Counted from the whole stretch's first letter, positions 38,375 through 51,469 are shown. The stretch is 63,119 nt of DNA, filler included, from Octopus bimaculoides (GCF_001194135.2; 8 parts of 7 records of this genome joined end to end with filler, not necessarily neighbours in it); one strand, 5' to 3'. Notes: generated by a model from the sequence alone, not told the origin. Numbers and translations are program-made.

Positions 38375-38530
38375 ATAATAATCCTTTCCATTCTAGGAAC
38401 AAGGTCTAAGGTTGGTGGCGACGGGGGGCAGGGGGGAGGGCAAGACAATCACATCCACCTCAGTGTTTCACCGGTGCTTAATTCACAACTCCGAAGGGAT
38501 GAAAGATGAAGATGGCCTCGGCGGAAATAA
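38375..38530 (-). mobile_element. SINE family C fragment
   Basis: ccgaagggatgaaagatgaagatggcctcggcggaa is the reverse complement of the core. Confidence 0.6.
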
Positions 38531-38576
38531 TGATAATAAAATGCGTATATGTAAATATATATGTATGTGTGTGTAT

Positions 38577-38614
<38 letters not shown>

Positions 38615-39784
38615 TCTGTTTTATGCAACTGTGTTCTATTTCTCCTTAGGTAGATTATTGATGTTTTGTACTGCGAACTTACCACAAGATCCAGAAGCGT
38701 GCCGCGTGTATATACATGTGATATAGTGATACATAACGTAGTTAATATACGAAAAAAATCGTATATTTATATATGTGTATATACGAAGAATAACAAGCAA
38801 CGTGCAATAAAATGTATATAATCAATAGAAAAGAAGTATAATAGGATAAACATTAATAATGGGAAGATGAAAGAAAATTCTGTTTTGGAAGATAACTCAA
38901 AGATGGATTGATAGAATGCAAGAAACATGCAAGTATTGTCAGAAATAAGTATATAAATCATAAAGAATAGGTTTTAACATTGGCACAATGCAATAAATTT
39001 AGGAGAAGAGAACAGTTTAATCGATAAAATCTGGAACCCAAGTAAAGTGGGGACGATCTACGTCGGCTACAATTAATCCATAGGAGAATTTATAGATTTA
39101 AGTGAGATTACTCATATCTATTTTATCAACTTCACAAACACATTGTGGAGTTTTGGCGGGATTTGAAATCTCGCCGTAAAGGGAAGTAACTGAAACAATG
39201 CAATACATTGAGTTCGATGTGGGTATTCACCGTACGAATATAATGGATGTTTTAAAAGATGTTTTGAAGTTTAATTTTGAGACCAGAATGTACTATGCAC
39301 CTCTGTATTTAGCTTTAAATATTTTCATTTACTTTAATGAGAGATAGTCACTATCAACAACGAATAACGGTGGTATCTTTAATTGAATCATTTGAGTCAT
39401 AATTAGGAAATGCCAGAAGTTAGAGTCTTTTCATGTTGTGACAATGTCAATAATACACTGAATCTACAGAAAAAACGAATTAATTGATTCTACACAATGC
39501 TCATGAAACTTAGCCATTAAAGAATGTTGTGTTGGTAGCTGCCACGTGGATGCTTCTGACAGGAAGACTTGTAGCTCTGACCACTGAGACAAGTTTGAGA
39601 AAATTGTCTTCTTCATGAGATCACACAAGTTTCTTATAATTTTCCATGACCGTTTTGCAAGCTCCCTAAATATTTGTTTGGTTAAATGAACTACCGTTAC
39701 CTTCTTAGTCAAACTTAGTCAAACTAGGGAAGAAGGGGCCTAAAGCCCTTTAAATCGATAAAATAAAAATAAAAATATAATTAG

Positions 39785-40165
39785 AAAAAGCATTCGGAGA
39801 GCTCTGCCCTCCGCCAAGCTCATTTTAAGATAGATACACGAGTAAAATTACTAATAGAGAAACGGAAATAAATTTTGGAAACAGCAACGGCACCGTAGGT
39901 TACGTGGAACCGATGAACGTGTTTTCAAGGGAGGTAATCAAAGAACGTAACATTGTAATACTTCATTTATAGTGAATATAACAAATGTAAAGTAAATATA
40001 ACATATGAAAAACCCTTCAAGAATCCATAAAAATTCCTGGATCAATACCAAAATTTCATCATCTGTTCCTTGTGTCAATACCAACTTTTCCTGCAAGTTT
40101 CATCAAATACCGTTCACAACCAACGCCGATGAAAACATAACCTCTTTCCTTGGCGGAGGTTAAAA
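39785..40165. mobile_element. Non-autonomous element with subterminal inverted repeats CCTCCGCCAAG/CTTGGCGGAGG (possibly Helentron-associated)
   Basis: 11-bp inverted repeats at 39808-39818 and 40149-40159; the interior aaatttcatcatctgttccttgt..aagtttcatcaaat..gaaaacataacctc resembles widespread metazoan MITE/HINE-like repeats. Confidence 0.5.
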
Positions 40166-40546
40166 TAACAATAAAAATTTTATAGTTGGACATTTAGAAG
40201 TCTTGGTGGTTAAGGGGAGATAAATAGAATAACAATTGATCTGAAAGCTATACCTAGTTGGAAATATATGCAGCCATCAATCAATCCCTTAATTAATCAG
40301 TCAGTCCATCAAAATCAGTGAAGCCCCCTCCTTACGTAGGAATATCCTACCAAATGCGTGTGTGTGTATAGTTTACTGTTCCGTTATAAGTATGATCGGT
40401 AAAAAAAAGTAAGGGATAAATATCATTCAATACACACAATTTACGAAGGACATATATAATGTGGCGTGTATCTCTAAGCAATCTTTCAGACTCAGTGCAT
40501 ATCGTTAGATGTATTTAAAAACCAGTCCGCTGGTCTGTGAGAAAAC

Positions 40547-40594
<48 letters not shown>

Positions 40595-40852
40595 ACAGAA
40601 GAAAAAACCAGAAGGTTGATATGTAAATTAACAAAAAAAAATGTCGACAAGAAAAATGTTGACAGTGACTTCGAAGATTCAGCCTTCTTTCCTTCACCGA
40701 ATTTCCTTGTTCCTGTCGTGTAAAAGTTAAGAGATATGTACTCTATTAAAAAGCGTTGAATAATCCTTCAGTTTAAAGTTAAAATTGATTTCATATCTAA
40801 CGATATAAAAACAAAAGAGACACACACACACACACACGCACGCACACATATA

Positions 40853-41194
40853 GTAGTAGGCATCCGTCGGTCTCGAGAGACCATAGATCTGCACCCGAAA
40901 AAACGGTGTCAGCTGCTGATGGTGCTGCAGAGTCTGTTGTGGCTGTAGAGCCCCACACGGGTCCTGCTGGTGTTACTGGTTTTTCCTTCCATCGAGTGCA
41001 CTTTCTTTGGTGGCGAGTTCCTGTTTATCTTCTCCTTGCTTCATTCCCTTTCAAAGTATTTATCTCCAGCGTGGGCGATCATTTGCGACCTCTTCCCATC
41101 TCAGGACGTCCAGATTAAGAGACTTCATATCTCTCTTGCAGACGTCCTTGAAACGCAGATGAGGTCGTCCTCGTGTTCTTGAGCCGGTAGCCAC
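40853..41194 (-). mobile_element. RTE-clade LINE 3' end, 5'-truncated
   Basis: ATGSRTRGRPHLRFKDVCKRDMKSLNLDVLRWEEVANDRPRWR is a typical RTE C-terminus; short (CTA)n tail. Confidence 0.85.
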
Positions 41195-41211
41195 GTTTAC
41201 ACACACACACA

Positions 41212-41548
41212 TGCTGAGACCCCCTTCGGTCATGACTGACCATGGGATTGCACCTAGAAAGTTACCCTCCCAGGCTCAAGTCCGGGCAAGGTTGCTTATG
41301 GAAGACCAGCAGTCGCCCATGCATACCGGTCTCCCCTCTCCACACCAGTGTTATCCAAGGGAAAGGCAAAGACCGATACAGCTTGGCACCTGTGACATCA
41401 CAACTAATTCCTACAGCCGAGTGAACTGGAGCAACGTGAAATAAAGTGTCTTGTTCAAGAACACAACACGCAACCCGGTCCGGGATTCGAACCCACAACC
41501 TCACGATCGTAAGCTCAACGCTCTAAGCACTGAGCCATGCGCCTTCAC
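41212..41548 (-). mobile_element. SINE family E, full-length
   Basis: gtgaaggcgcatggctcagtgcttagagcg (box A), gggttcgaatcccgg (box B), CORE-like tgttcttgaacaagacactttatttcacgttgctccagttcac. Confidence 0.88.
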
Positions 41549-41994
41549 ACACATATACATCTATATATATGGCAAATGAAAGACGCATGTATATATATAT
41601 ATGTATATATATATACGTATATATATGTGTGCGTGTGTATATATATATATATGTGTGTCTGTGTGTGTGTGTGTGTGTGTATACATATATATGTGCCTGT
41701 ATATANNNNNNNNNNNNNNNNNNNNNNNNNNNNNNNNNNNNNNNNNNNNTTAATTAATTAANNNNNNNNNNNNNNNNNNNNNNNNNNNNNNNNNNNNNNN
41801 NNNNNATTAAATATATCTTTTATCCAATTGGAAATATGTTTTTGGCTGCACTGTATATTTTTCATCACAAATTTGACTGACTGAATAAAGGTTTAAAGAA
41901 TATGAGTGTGAGAGATAAGGGAGAGAGAGAGAGAGAAGGGGGAGAGAGTGGAAAACACTAGGAGAAAAAATAGTGAGCATAATAATAATAGTAA

Positions 41995-42213
41995 TAATCC
42001 TTTCTACTATAGGCACAGGGCCTGAAATTTTGGGGGTGGGGGCTAGTTGATTACATTGATCCCAGTGCTTCGCTGGTACTTATTTTATTGACCCTGAAAG
42101 GAAGAAAGGCAAAGTCAATGTTCGTGGAGTTTGAACTCCGGATGTAAGGATGGATGACATGCCACTAAGCATTTTACCTGGCATGCTAACAATTCTGTTA
42201 ACTCACCACCTTA
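41995..42213 (-). mobile_element. SINE family C, with CpG decay
   Basis: Full head, core and tail on the minus strand; several CpG to TpG/CpA changes relative to 61725-61856. Confidence 0.8.
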
Positions 42214-43084
42214 ATAATAATAATAATAATAATAATAATGCCTAACATTGATAATATTAATAATAGTAATGATAATAATGATAATTAAATTAGCAAAAAA
42301 TATCTGAAATATCAAAACTTAATTAAAAGATAATAATTTTTCTGTTAATTTATATAATCAAAATTGTGTTAATGATTTTACGTGTTAATGAGCCATGTGT
42401 ACATACTTGTACATGTATATGTGTGTCTGTGCATGCCACATATGGAGATATATATGTATACATTTATATGTGTAAATGTGTATGTATTGAGTGCCATAGA
42501 TATTAGGTAGAGGAAGCAAAATCATAATATTCATTTTAGTAAAAATGACAAAGATAACCAGAATATTGAGATTGAATACATAAATAATTTTTTTGATAAT
42601 AGGTGCCTTAGAAATGATAAAAAACACAGAACAAATACATAACCAAAATCCCAGGACTTACTGGCACATATAACAGACATAAAATAGCCCTACTAGGTAT
42701 TGTACACATGTAAATATTGCATAGAGTACTGCAGAATATATATATATATATATATAAATTGACAGAATGAGATAAAAAAAAAAACAAGGCAGTAAATAGA
42801 TTTCATAACATTTTATCAAGGAAAGGCCTTACAGCTGTTTCCAGGATATTTTATATATCCTTTCAGCAGAGACAGTGTGCGACAATGTTTGATATATTCT
42901 TAGGTAGTATATGTAATATTTATTGATATACAAAAACTTTAACAACTAGGTACACATATTGTCATTACCTTCAGTGCAGTAGAAACAAAATACTGATTAT
43001 ACCCAAGGTACATGGAATTACATTCAATGCAGTGGGAGTGTGCAATTAAAAACTGCTGAACAACAACAACTACAACAATTTCTA

Positions 43085-43635
43085 GCATAGGCACAAGACC
43101 ATAAATTGTTGGGAGGTGTTAGTCAGTTAATTGGGCCCTAGTTTTTTTTTTATTGATACTTGTATTTTTATCAACTCTCATTTCTCCAGAGGAATGAATG
43201 GCAAAGTTAATCTTGATAGCATTTGAACTCAGAATCTTTATTCCAGGGCCTTATATTTGGTGGTCAGTTGATTCTGTCTATCCATACAATAATAATAATA
43301 TAATTCTAATGATAGTTAAGTATTTGGTTCATGTTTTGTGATCCAGTAATGAGATGGCCGAGTGGGTAGGACAGTAGACTCCCAAACTAGAGGTTAGCTG
43401 TGTCAATCTAGTGCTGATGTTTCATTGTGTTAAAGCATACTTTATAGGCATGGGGCCAAACATTTGGAGATAAGGGTTGTCAGTGACATCAGTCTCTTCA
43501 GAACTTGACATACTTTATTTTAATGGCTCTAAAAGGCAAAGTTGATCTCGAGAGGATTTGAACTTAGAATGTAAAGAACTGGAACATATACCATAAAATA
43601 TTTCAACTGATGCTCTAATGATTCTATCAACTGAA
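43085..43635 (-). mobile_element. Two decayed SINE family C copies (~43085-43275 and ~43435-43635)
   Basis: aaggcaaagttgatc..atttgaact.agaat cores in reverse complement. Confidence 0.6.
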
Positions 43636-45380
43636 TAATAATAAAGTATAATAATCATACAAATACAGACAATTGTAATTTATTTGTTAATTGACTCTCC
43701 TGTCTTTTTAGAATAATCTGTGACTACAATTTTTTATGTGTCTTCCCCTTTTCTGTAAGACGGTAGGAAGATTTAGCTCTTAATTCTTGTAGTTTCATCA
43801 ACTGCATAGAAACTCCCTCTCATTGACTTCATTTGTCGTTTACTTCTTTTGTAATATTCTCAGAATATTAAAGGTCAGCAATGGAAACTTCAAAAACTGC
43901 AATGATTTTGTGAGATACTGATGATTTTTTAGAACTAAAGAGGGAAATGGTTTTAAATGAATGGTTGAATGTGATGTAAGGAGTCAACTGGAGTGTAGAA
44001 AAGGAATTAGCCCAGAACTCCTAAGGAGTTATCCATTTCCTTCTACTTAATCATCAAACAATTTTTCTCATGAATAGCTGGATAAAAAAGTAAACAGCAA
44101 CATCATCAATTAATTCAATAAGTCATCAGTATAAGTCATCAATATCAATCTACTTGAGATTGCTTTTGGCTTCGTTCTACTATCCAACCTTACATCATCT
44201 TAGGTTCCCTGTTACAAATACACCAAAACTGCTGATATTGAAATTAAATTCCAACCTAAAGCATATGAAAACTTGAAATTTCAAATAGTAAAAGTTTCAT
44301 AATAGTTATATTTTTTTTTACATGAGAACCTTTTGTTAAGCTGTGTTTCAAAATACCAGCTTAATATACCAGAATATTAGATTACAGTTAGTAATCTAAA
44401 CTTTATCCCAAAATAATTGAATCATATAGGCAGTGTATTGTTGTTTGGAATAGGGTCATTAAAATGCTAAAACATTTATATATCTAAAACATATTTAGTC
44501 TTGATGTAGAGTAAATGTTAAGTGGAAATTTCACTGTTGCTCATGTGACCTGTCAAAACTTAAGATTTATGTACCAAAATTTTATTCTATAGCAAGATTA
44601 AGGATGTTTTCTGTATAAAAATATGTTTTGAATATATATTTGTTTTCATATACTGAAGCAATTTCTTGCGAATTTAATTAAGATGATAAATACAATGTTT
44701 ATATTATTTAAACTGTTCTAATTTTAACCATATGAAACTTCTCTTTTTTTTTAAAAGAATGGTGGAATTCTGAAATAAATATCATAAAATTTAATCCTTT
44801 TCTACTTACTCAGCTCAATTTTGGAGGGTGAACTGAGTGAGCTTTTCTCAATTCTGGATTTGAATTTTAAAAAATAGGATAAGTCATGTATTAATGTCAA
44901 CTCAATTGACTACCCCTTTCCCCACTGCTGCCATTTCCCTTCTTATAAACACAACACATTGGTACCAATGATAGAAATCATTATTTAGATTCATTGCACT
45001 ATGTTCTGGGTTCAAATTCTACCACTAGTATGTTTGCCATTAATGCCTCCCCATCAATAAGATCAATAAATTGTCAATATCAATCTTGTATCAATGTTCA
45101 ACAATCAATATTTTACTTCGTTTTTTTACAAACAATTCATTTGTTCAGTTGATGTTAAATTTCCATTTATTTTCATAATCCCCGCATTCTGCATCTCAGA
45201 AATGGTAGGGTGGTTGGAATTTCAAATATAATTCTTCCAATATTTACCAGGTTTATTCTTGAATTAATTAGATTGTCTTTGTCTTGCCAGTCTTGTAATT
45301 AGTAATTAGTTCCTCTTTAAATTAATCTTGGTATGAACTTTTATTGTCTCATTAATTTCACTCTCTCCTCTCCCACCATG

Positions 45381-45420
<40 letters not shown>

Positions 45421-46423
45421 TTTATATAAGCATATTGCCTTGAGGTTTGATGGATGATCAACAAGTCCCGAAAGGGGTCAACAGACCCTAGAGGTTGCTG
45501 GCCCTTGATTGATAAGACTACACAAAACAAAAGACATTCAAATTATTTATTTCTAGTCAAAAAATTCTTCATATTTTTTTGTTCTATTTTTGTTTTGTTT
45601 TTCATTTTCTAATTCTTTTTTTTTTTCCAATTTTTCCACTAAATATACATTTATAATAAATGACCCATTTAAAGGATTTTTTTAATTCATTTTATTTTTG
45701 TTTTGTCTTATATTTTGTTTTTAATGAATATATTCCTCCAATATGACAGGAAACTAATGCATTTTAAAATGAAAATAATTTTTAAAAATCTGTGTTGTAG
45801 TATAGACCTAGATCATTCTTTTCTTCATCTTAATCTTCACCACCACCATCATAGTAACTTCCAGTACCATCAGTATTATAATCACCATCAATACTACAGC
45901 TACCACCATAAACTCAATCACTGCTTCTGCTAACAAGACAAAAACTAACACCAATATAACAAGTGCCATCACTGTCACCGCTACCATAAGCAAACGAGTC
46001 AGCTGCAATGTGGTTGTTTAACCTGCTTGAAATAGCAGCCAAACTTCTCTCAAATCTCACACTATTGTCTTATATGCAAGGACACTGTAGATCACACTAC
46101 ACCTGATTGGGAAAAAAACTTTAATAATAACAGGTCTGGTAAATTAGAGCTAAACAACAGAACTACCACTATCACTGATGTTGATTTTTGATTAAGTAAA
46201 CTAATATTACTAGCTTACTGGATAACAAGTGGTCAGTTAAATACTTTACATAATCATGGTTGGGAAGCAAGCTTTTTAACCCCACAGCCACGTGTGTACC
46301 TCAATATATATATATATATATATTAAAAGACATTTGAGTAGGTGCAATACAGTGAGTTGCAAGTCATGGTCATTATAGCAAAGCAAACTTCTTAGCTATT
46401 CAGCCAAGTAGTATCCCTTTCAG

Positions 46424-46514
<91 letters not shown>

Positions 46515-46660
46515 NNNNNNNNNNNNNNNNNNNNNNNNNNNNNNNNNNNNNNNNNNNNNNNNNNNNNNNNNNNNNNNNNNNNNNNNNNNNNNNNNNNNNN
46601 NNNNNNNNNNNNNNNNNNNNNNNNNNNNNNNNNNNNNNNNNNNNNNNNNNNNNNNNNNNN

Positions 46661-47011
46661 CCACATGGTTTCGGGGTTCACTCCCACTGCGTGGCATCTT
46701 GGGCAAGTGTCTTCTACTATAGCCTCGGGCCGACCAAAGCCTTGTGAGTGGATTTGGTAGACGGAAACTGAAAGAAGCCTGTCGTATATATGTATGTATG
46801 TGTGTATATGTTTGTGTGTCTGTGTTTGTTCCCCCCAACATCGCTTGACAACCGATGCTGGTGTGTTTACGTCCCCGTAACTTAGTGGTTCGGCAAAAGA
46901 GACCGATAGAATAAGTACTAGGCTTCCAAAGAATAAATCCTGGGGTAGATTTGCTCGACTAAAGGCGGTGCTCCAGCATGGCCACAGTCAAAAGACTGAA
47001 ACAAGTAAGAG
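46661..47011 (+). mobile_element. SINE family B, near full-length and young
   Basis: High identity to the other B copies; CpGs retained. Confidence 0.92.
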
Positions 47012-47042
<31 letters not shown>

Positions 47043-48112
47043 ATATACAGTGAATAAGACAATTTAAAGTTACACTACTTCACTCTATGTTGTTTCTATA
47101 CATATACGTAAATATAGATTTAGATAGACTGACAGATAGATAGATTGCAATATATTAGCAATATTCACTGGTATTCAATCTTTCTTTTTCTTTAGACTTC
47201 AAAATGATAATTTCCAGTGGTAAAACAGTGACACAAATTGGAAAAAACTTTGAGCTTTAGTTTCCCACATTTTTATCTCAGTACTAACAATTTTAAGCTT
47301 TGACTTATGCATATATGTAAGTGTGTGTGTATGTATGTATGTATATACCTATTATTTGATACTGAACAGTGCTAAATACAAATCAAAAGTACTAAATATG
47401 AACATAGAATGCAGTAGTTTATTTAGGTCAGTTTAATGTCTAAACTCTGGAGTTTCCACTGTATACAACAACCACTTTTTCAAATAAGTCAAAGTGGGCT
47501 ATTTTGGTTTCTTTGAATACTATGAAAACTCTAGTGTAATAGGCAACTTAATTGGTCCAAAACTTGCATGTGTTTTGATTGAAAAGAAGCTGTTTTAGAT
47601 GATGGTTTGGTTGGTACAGTTTATCAGTAAACAATATTTTTCACTAAACAATTAGAATTTTTGTGACCAAGTGTTAGCTTGAATGAAATGTCATTATTGT
47701 TAGAAATATTAGTGTTAAATAATTCAGTTTAGAGAGTTTATAAGAAGTAAATAGTTGTGAAAGGTTGAGTGTAAAAAAAGTAAGTGATTTTAATGGTATT
47801 TGAAATTATGTTGTGATGTAAAATGCTTCTCAACTAGGCTTAAGAAAGTTTTTGCAATGGGTGTAGCTAACGTTTGGTGAAACACTTTCCAAACTAACTC
47901 TGGAGAATTGACTCTTCACTACCCAACAACATCTGGAATTTGAAGACTAGAAATACAACATACATTGAGACATTTTAAGTAGTGCAGAAATAATAGATCC
48001 TGTAAAGATATACCTGATTAATATCTTCACACTCTACAAAAATTCTGAAAGAATTTCATTCTGCATATGCAGAATGCAAATTTCAGACAATAAAAGATTT
48101 TAACATACATGT

Positions 48113-48565
48113 GTAGAGAAGGCGGGAGAGGTATGCAGTAATATACATCTGGAAGATCCTGGGAGGAATTGTGTCAAACTTTGGCATTGAAAGCTACACC
48201 AATGCCAGAACGGGACGACACTGCATAGTGCCAAAGATCCCAGCAACGCCATCGTACTTCAGGACCAGTTACTGCAACAGTTTGGGTTTCAGGGATCCAC
48301 AGATCTTTAATGTTCTCCCAAAGAGCCTGAGGAACCTGCACAAAGTAGATGTAGGGGTTTTTAAATCAAAGCTGGACCTGTTCCTGTCGAGAGGCCCAGA
48401 TAAACCTACCTCACGGCAAGAGGTGCAAATGAGGGTACCTACATCAAACTCCATTCTTCACCAAGTGCCACATACTGTAGGAGGCTCCCCGCAATAACAG
48501 TGTAGCAAAACGGCGGTACATCAGCATGGCCAAAACTCTAAGCTGAAACTATGACAAAAAAAAAT
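48113..48565 (+). mobile_element. CR1-clade LINE 3' end
   Basis: RRRERYAVIYIWKIL..NFGI..RTGRHC..SLGFRDPQIFNVLPKSLRNL..FKSKLDLFLS..PDKP..SNSILHQ; ends ggcggtacatcagcatggcc..gctgaaac followed by an A tail. Confidence 0.88.
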
Positions 48566-49415
48566 ATATATATATATATAGATATAGATAGATAGATAGA
48601 TAGTAATTACCCTGCCCGATGTAGTTCCATGTATCCCATTCTACACCAAATATACAGTCATATGATAAAAATATAATCCACTGCAACTTTAATTTAATTG
48701 CTATTGCACAACACTAGATAGGCTAAAAGATCAGCGAAAGTTACAAATTGACTCAATTTTACTTTATTTTTATTTTACTTTATTACATTGGTTTTTTTTT
48801 TTTAAATTTATTGAGCTGCTTAACTGTTTGAAAGATAGACATTATTCACATGACCATCTAATTTGTTCTTGAACAATTCAGAGATTATTATATTTATCAT
48901 TATTTGCCAGTGTTTAGAAAAAGGAGTCCTCTAATTTGAAATCAATTTCATAGGGGCCATGCATGAAACTCTCAGGACTTAGGTTTGTAACATCTTTCAG
49001 TTTATGTGTATGTGTGTGCACATGTATGTGTATGTGTGCATGTATGTGTATATATGAGGATAGAATTTCATGAATTAAGTACCAGTAGTATTTAGGTCAA
49101 TAGTTCATTTAAATACATTAGCCACTAAAAAAATCTTTTTATATAGTCTACACATGTGTGTATATATATGTGTGTGTGCGTATATATATGTGTATATATA
49201 TATGTATATATGTGTATGTATATATATATGTATATAAACATATATGTATGTATATATATATATATAAATGTATATATACTCCATATAAGATTAGTGTACA
49301 TTTAAACACAAGAGAGGCAGCCTTACATGGAGAATATGTTGTCTATTGACTTTTTATACATGCTAGGCCACTGGTAGTGAAATTTCTAAAAAACTCACTA
49401 CCCTATATATTTTAC

Positions 49416-49492
<77 letters not shown>

Positions 49493-49496
49493 TATG

Positions 49497-49527
<31 letters not shown>

Positions 49528-49557
49528 ATATGTGTGTGTGTGTATATGTATGTATGT

Positions 49558-49591
<34 letters not shown>

Positions 49592-49835
49592 ATATAAACA
49601 TATACATACATATTTATTTATTTATCACCCGATGAGATACATCTGCACCACCGGATGCTCCTGAACCAGTCTTTTTGTGTGTCCCACAAGAGGATTTGAT
49701 GCTAGATGTGTCGAAACAATTGTTGTGATTAATAATATATTCTCTTATATTCCATCTTCTGTCTTTCATTTGTTATATATATATATGTATATATATATGT
49801 ATATGTATGTATATATATGTATATATACATGTATG

Positions 49836-49867
<32 letters not shown>

Positions 49868-49895
49868 TGTATATATATGTATATATATATATATG

Positions 49896-49927
<32 letters not shown>

Positions 49928-50102
49928 CATATATATATGTATATATATATACATATATATATGTATATATATATACATATATATATGTATATATATATAC
50001 ATNNNNNNNNNNNNNNNNNNNNNNNNNNNNNNNNNNNNNNNNNNNNTTAATTAATTAANNNNNNNNNNNNNNNNNNNNNNNNNNNNNNNNNNNNNNNNNN
50101 NN

Positions 50103-50611
50103 GGAAGTTGGAGGCGATAGGGGGCGCACCGCATGATCTATGGTGTGGAAGAGGAGCTACGGCGTATGCAGATGACATCACCATAAGCGTGACGGATAAG
50201 GGCAAGTTTCCAGTGGTGGAAGAAGCTATCAAAAGTTACGAGGCGGTGGCAGGAGCAAAGGTTAATAAGGACAAGTCGATCGGTTTGCAACTCGGCACCT
50301 GGAGGGGCAAGCTGATGCCGTCCAATAACGTTGTAAGGCGTTGGACGGAAGGTCGTGTTAAGCTGCTTGGAGTCTGGTTCGGGCCAGCCCTCCAGATAGA
50401 GAAAAATTGGAGCGAGGTGATCAGCAGGGTGACTGCTCTAACCCAGACCTGGTCTGGGCGGGCGTTATCCTTGTTAGGAAGGGCGGAGGTGGTGCAGATG
50501 TTTATAGCATCGGTTATCACCTACCGTCTGACCGTGGTGCCTTGCCCCGATTTGTGGCTGAACAAGTTGGAAAGAATCCTTTTCCGCTTTTTGTGGAAGG
50601 GAGGAAAGCCA
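50103..50611 (+). mobile_element. L1/Tx1-clade LINE reverse transcriptase fragment, uninterrupted between two gaps
   Basis: AYADDIT (RT catalytic motif), GAKVNKDKS, KLLGVWFG, W..RALSLLGRA.V, LFRFLWKG; no stop codon across the 509 bp. Confidence 0.92.
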
Positions 50612-51469
50612 NNNNNNNNNNNNNNNNNNNNNNNNNNNNNNNNNNNNNNNNNNNNNNNNNNNNNNNNNNNNNNNNNNNNNNNNNNNNNNNNNNNNNNNNN
50701 NNNNNNNNNNNNNNNNNNNNNNNNNNNNNNNNNNNNNNNNNNNNNNNNNNNNNNNNNNNNNNNNNNNNNNNNNNNNNNNNNNNNNNNNNNNNNNNNNNNN
50801 NNNNNNNNNNNNNNNNNNNNNNNNNNNNNNNNNNNNNNNNNNNNNNNNNNNNNNNNNNNNNNNNNNNNNNNNNNNNNNNNNNNNNNNNNNNNNNNNNNNN
50901 NNNNNNNNNNNNNNNNNNNNNNNNNNNNNNNNNNNNNNNNNNNNNNNNNNNNNNNNNNNNNNNNNNNNNNNNNNNNNNNNNNNNNNNNNNNNNNNNNNNN
51001 NNNNNNNNNNNNNNNNNNNNNNNNNNNNNNNNNNNNNNNNNNNNNNNNNNNNNNNNNNNNNNNNNNNNNNNNNNNNNNNNNNNNNNNNNNNNNNNNNNNN
51101 NNNNNNNNNNNNNNNNNNNNNNNNNNNNNNNNNNNNNNNNNNNNNNNNNNNNNNNNNNNNNNNNNNNNNNNNNNNNNNNNNNNNNNNNNNNNNNNNNNNN
51201 NNNNNNNNNNNNNNNNNNNNNNNNNNNNNNNNNNNNNNNNNNNNNNNNNNNNNNNNNNNNNNNNNNNNNNNNNNNNNNNNNNNNNNNNNNNNNNNNNNNN
51301 NNNNNNNNNNNNNNNNNNNNNNNNNNNNNNNNNNNNNNNNNNNNNNNNNNNNNNNNNNNNNNNNNNNNNNNNNNNNNNNNNNNNNNNNNNNNNNNNNNNN
51401 NNNNNNNNNNNNNNNNNNNNNNNNNNNNNNNNNGTATATATGCATATATATATATGTACGTGTGTATAT

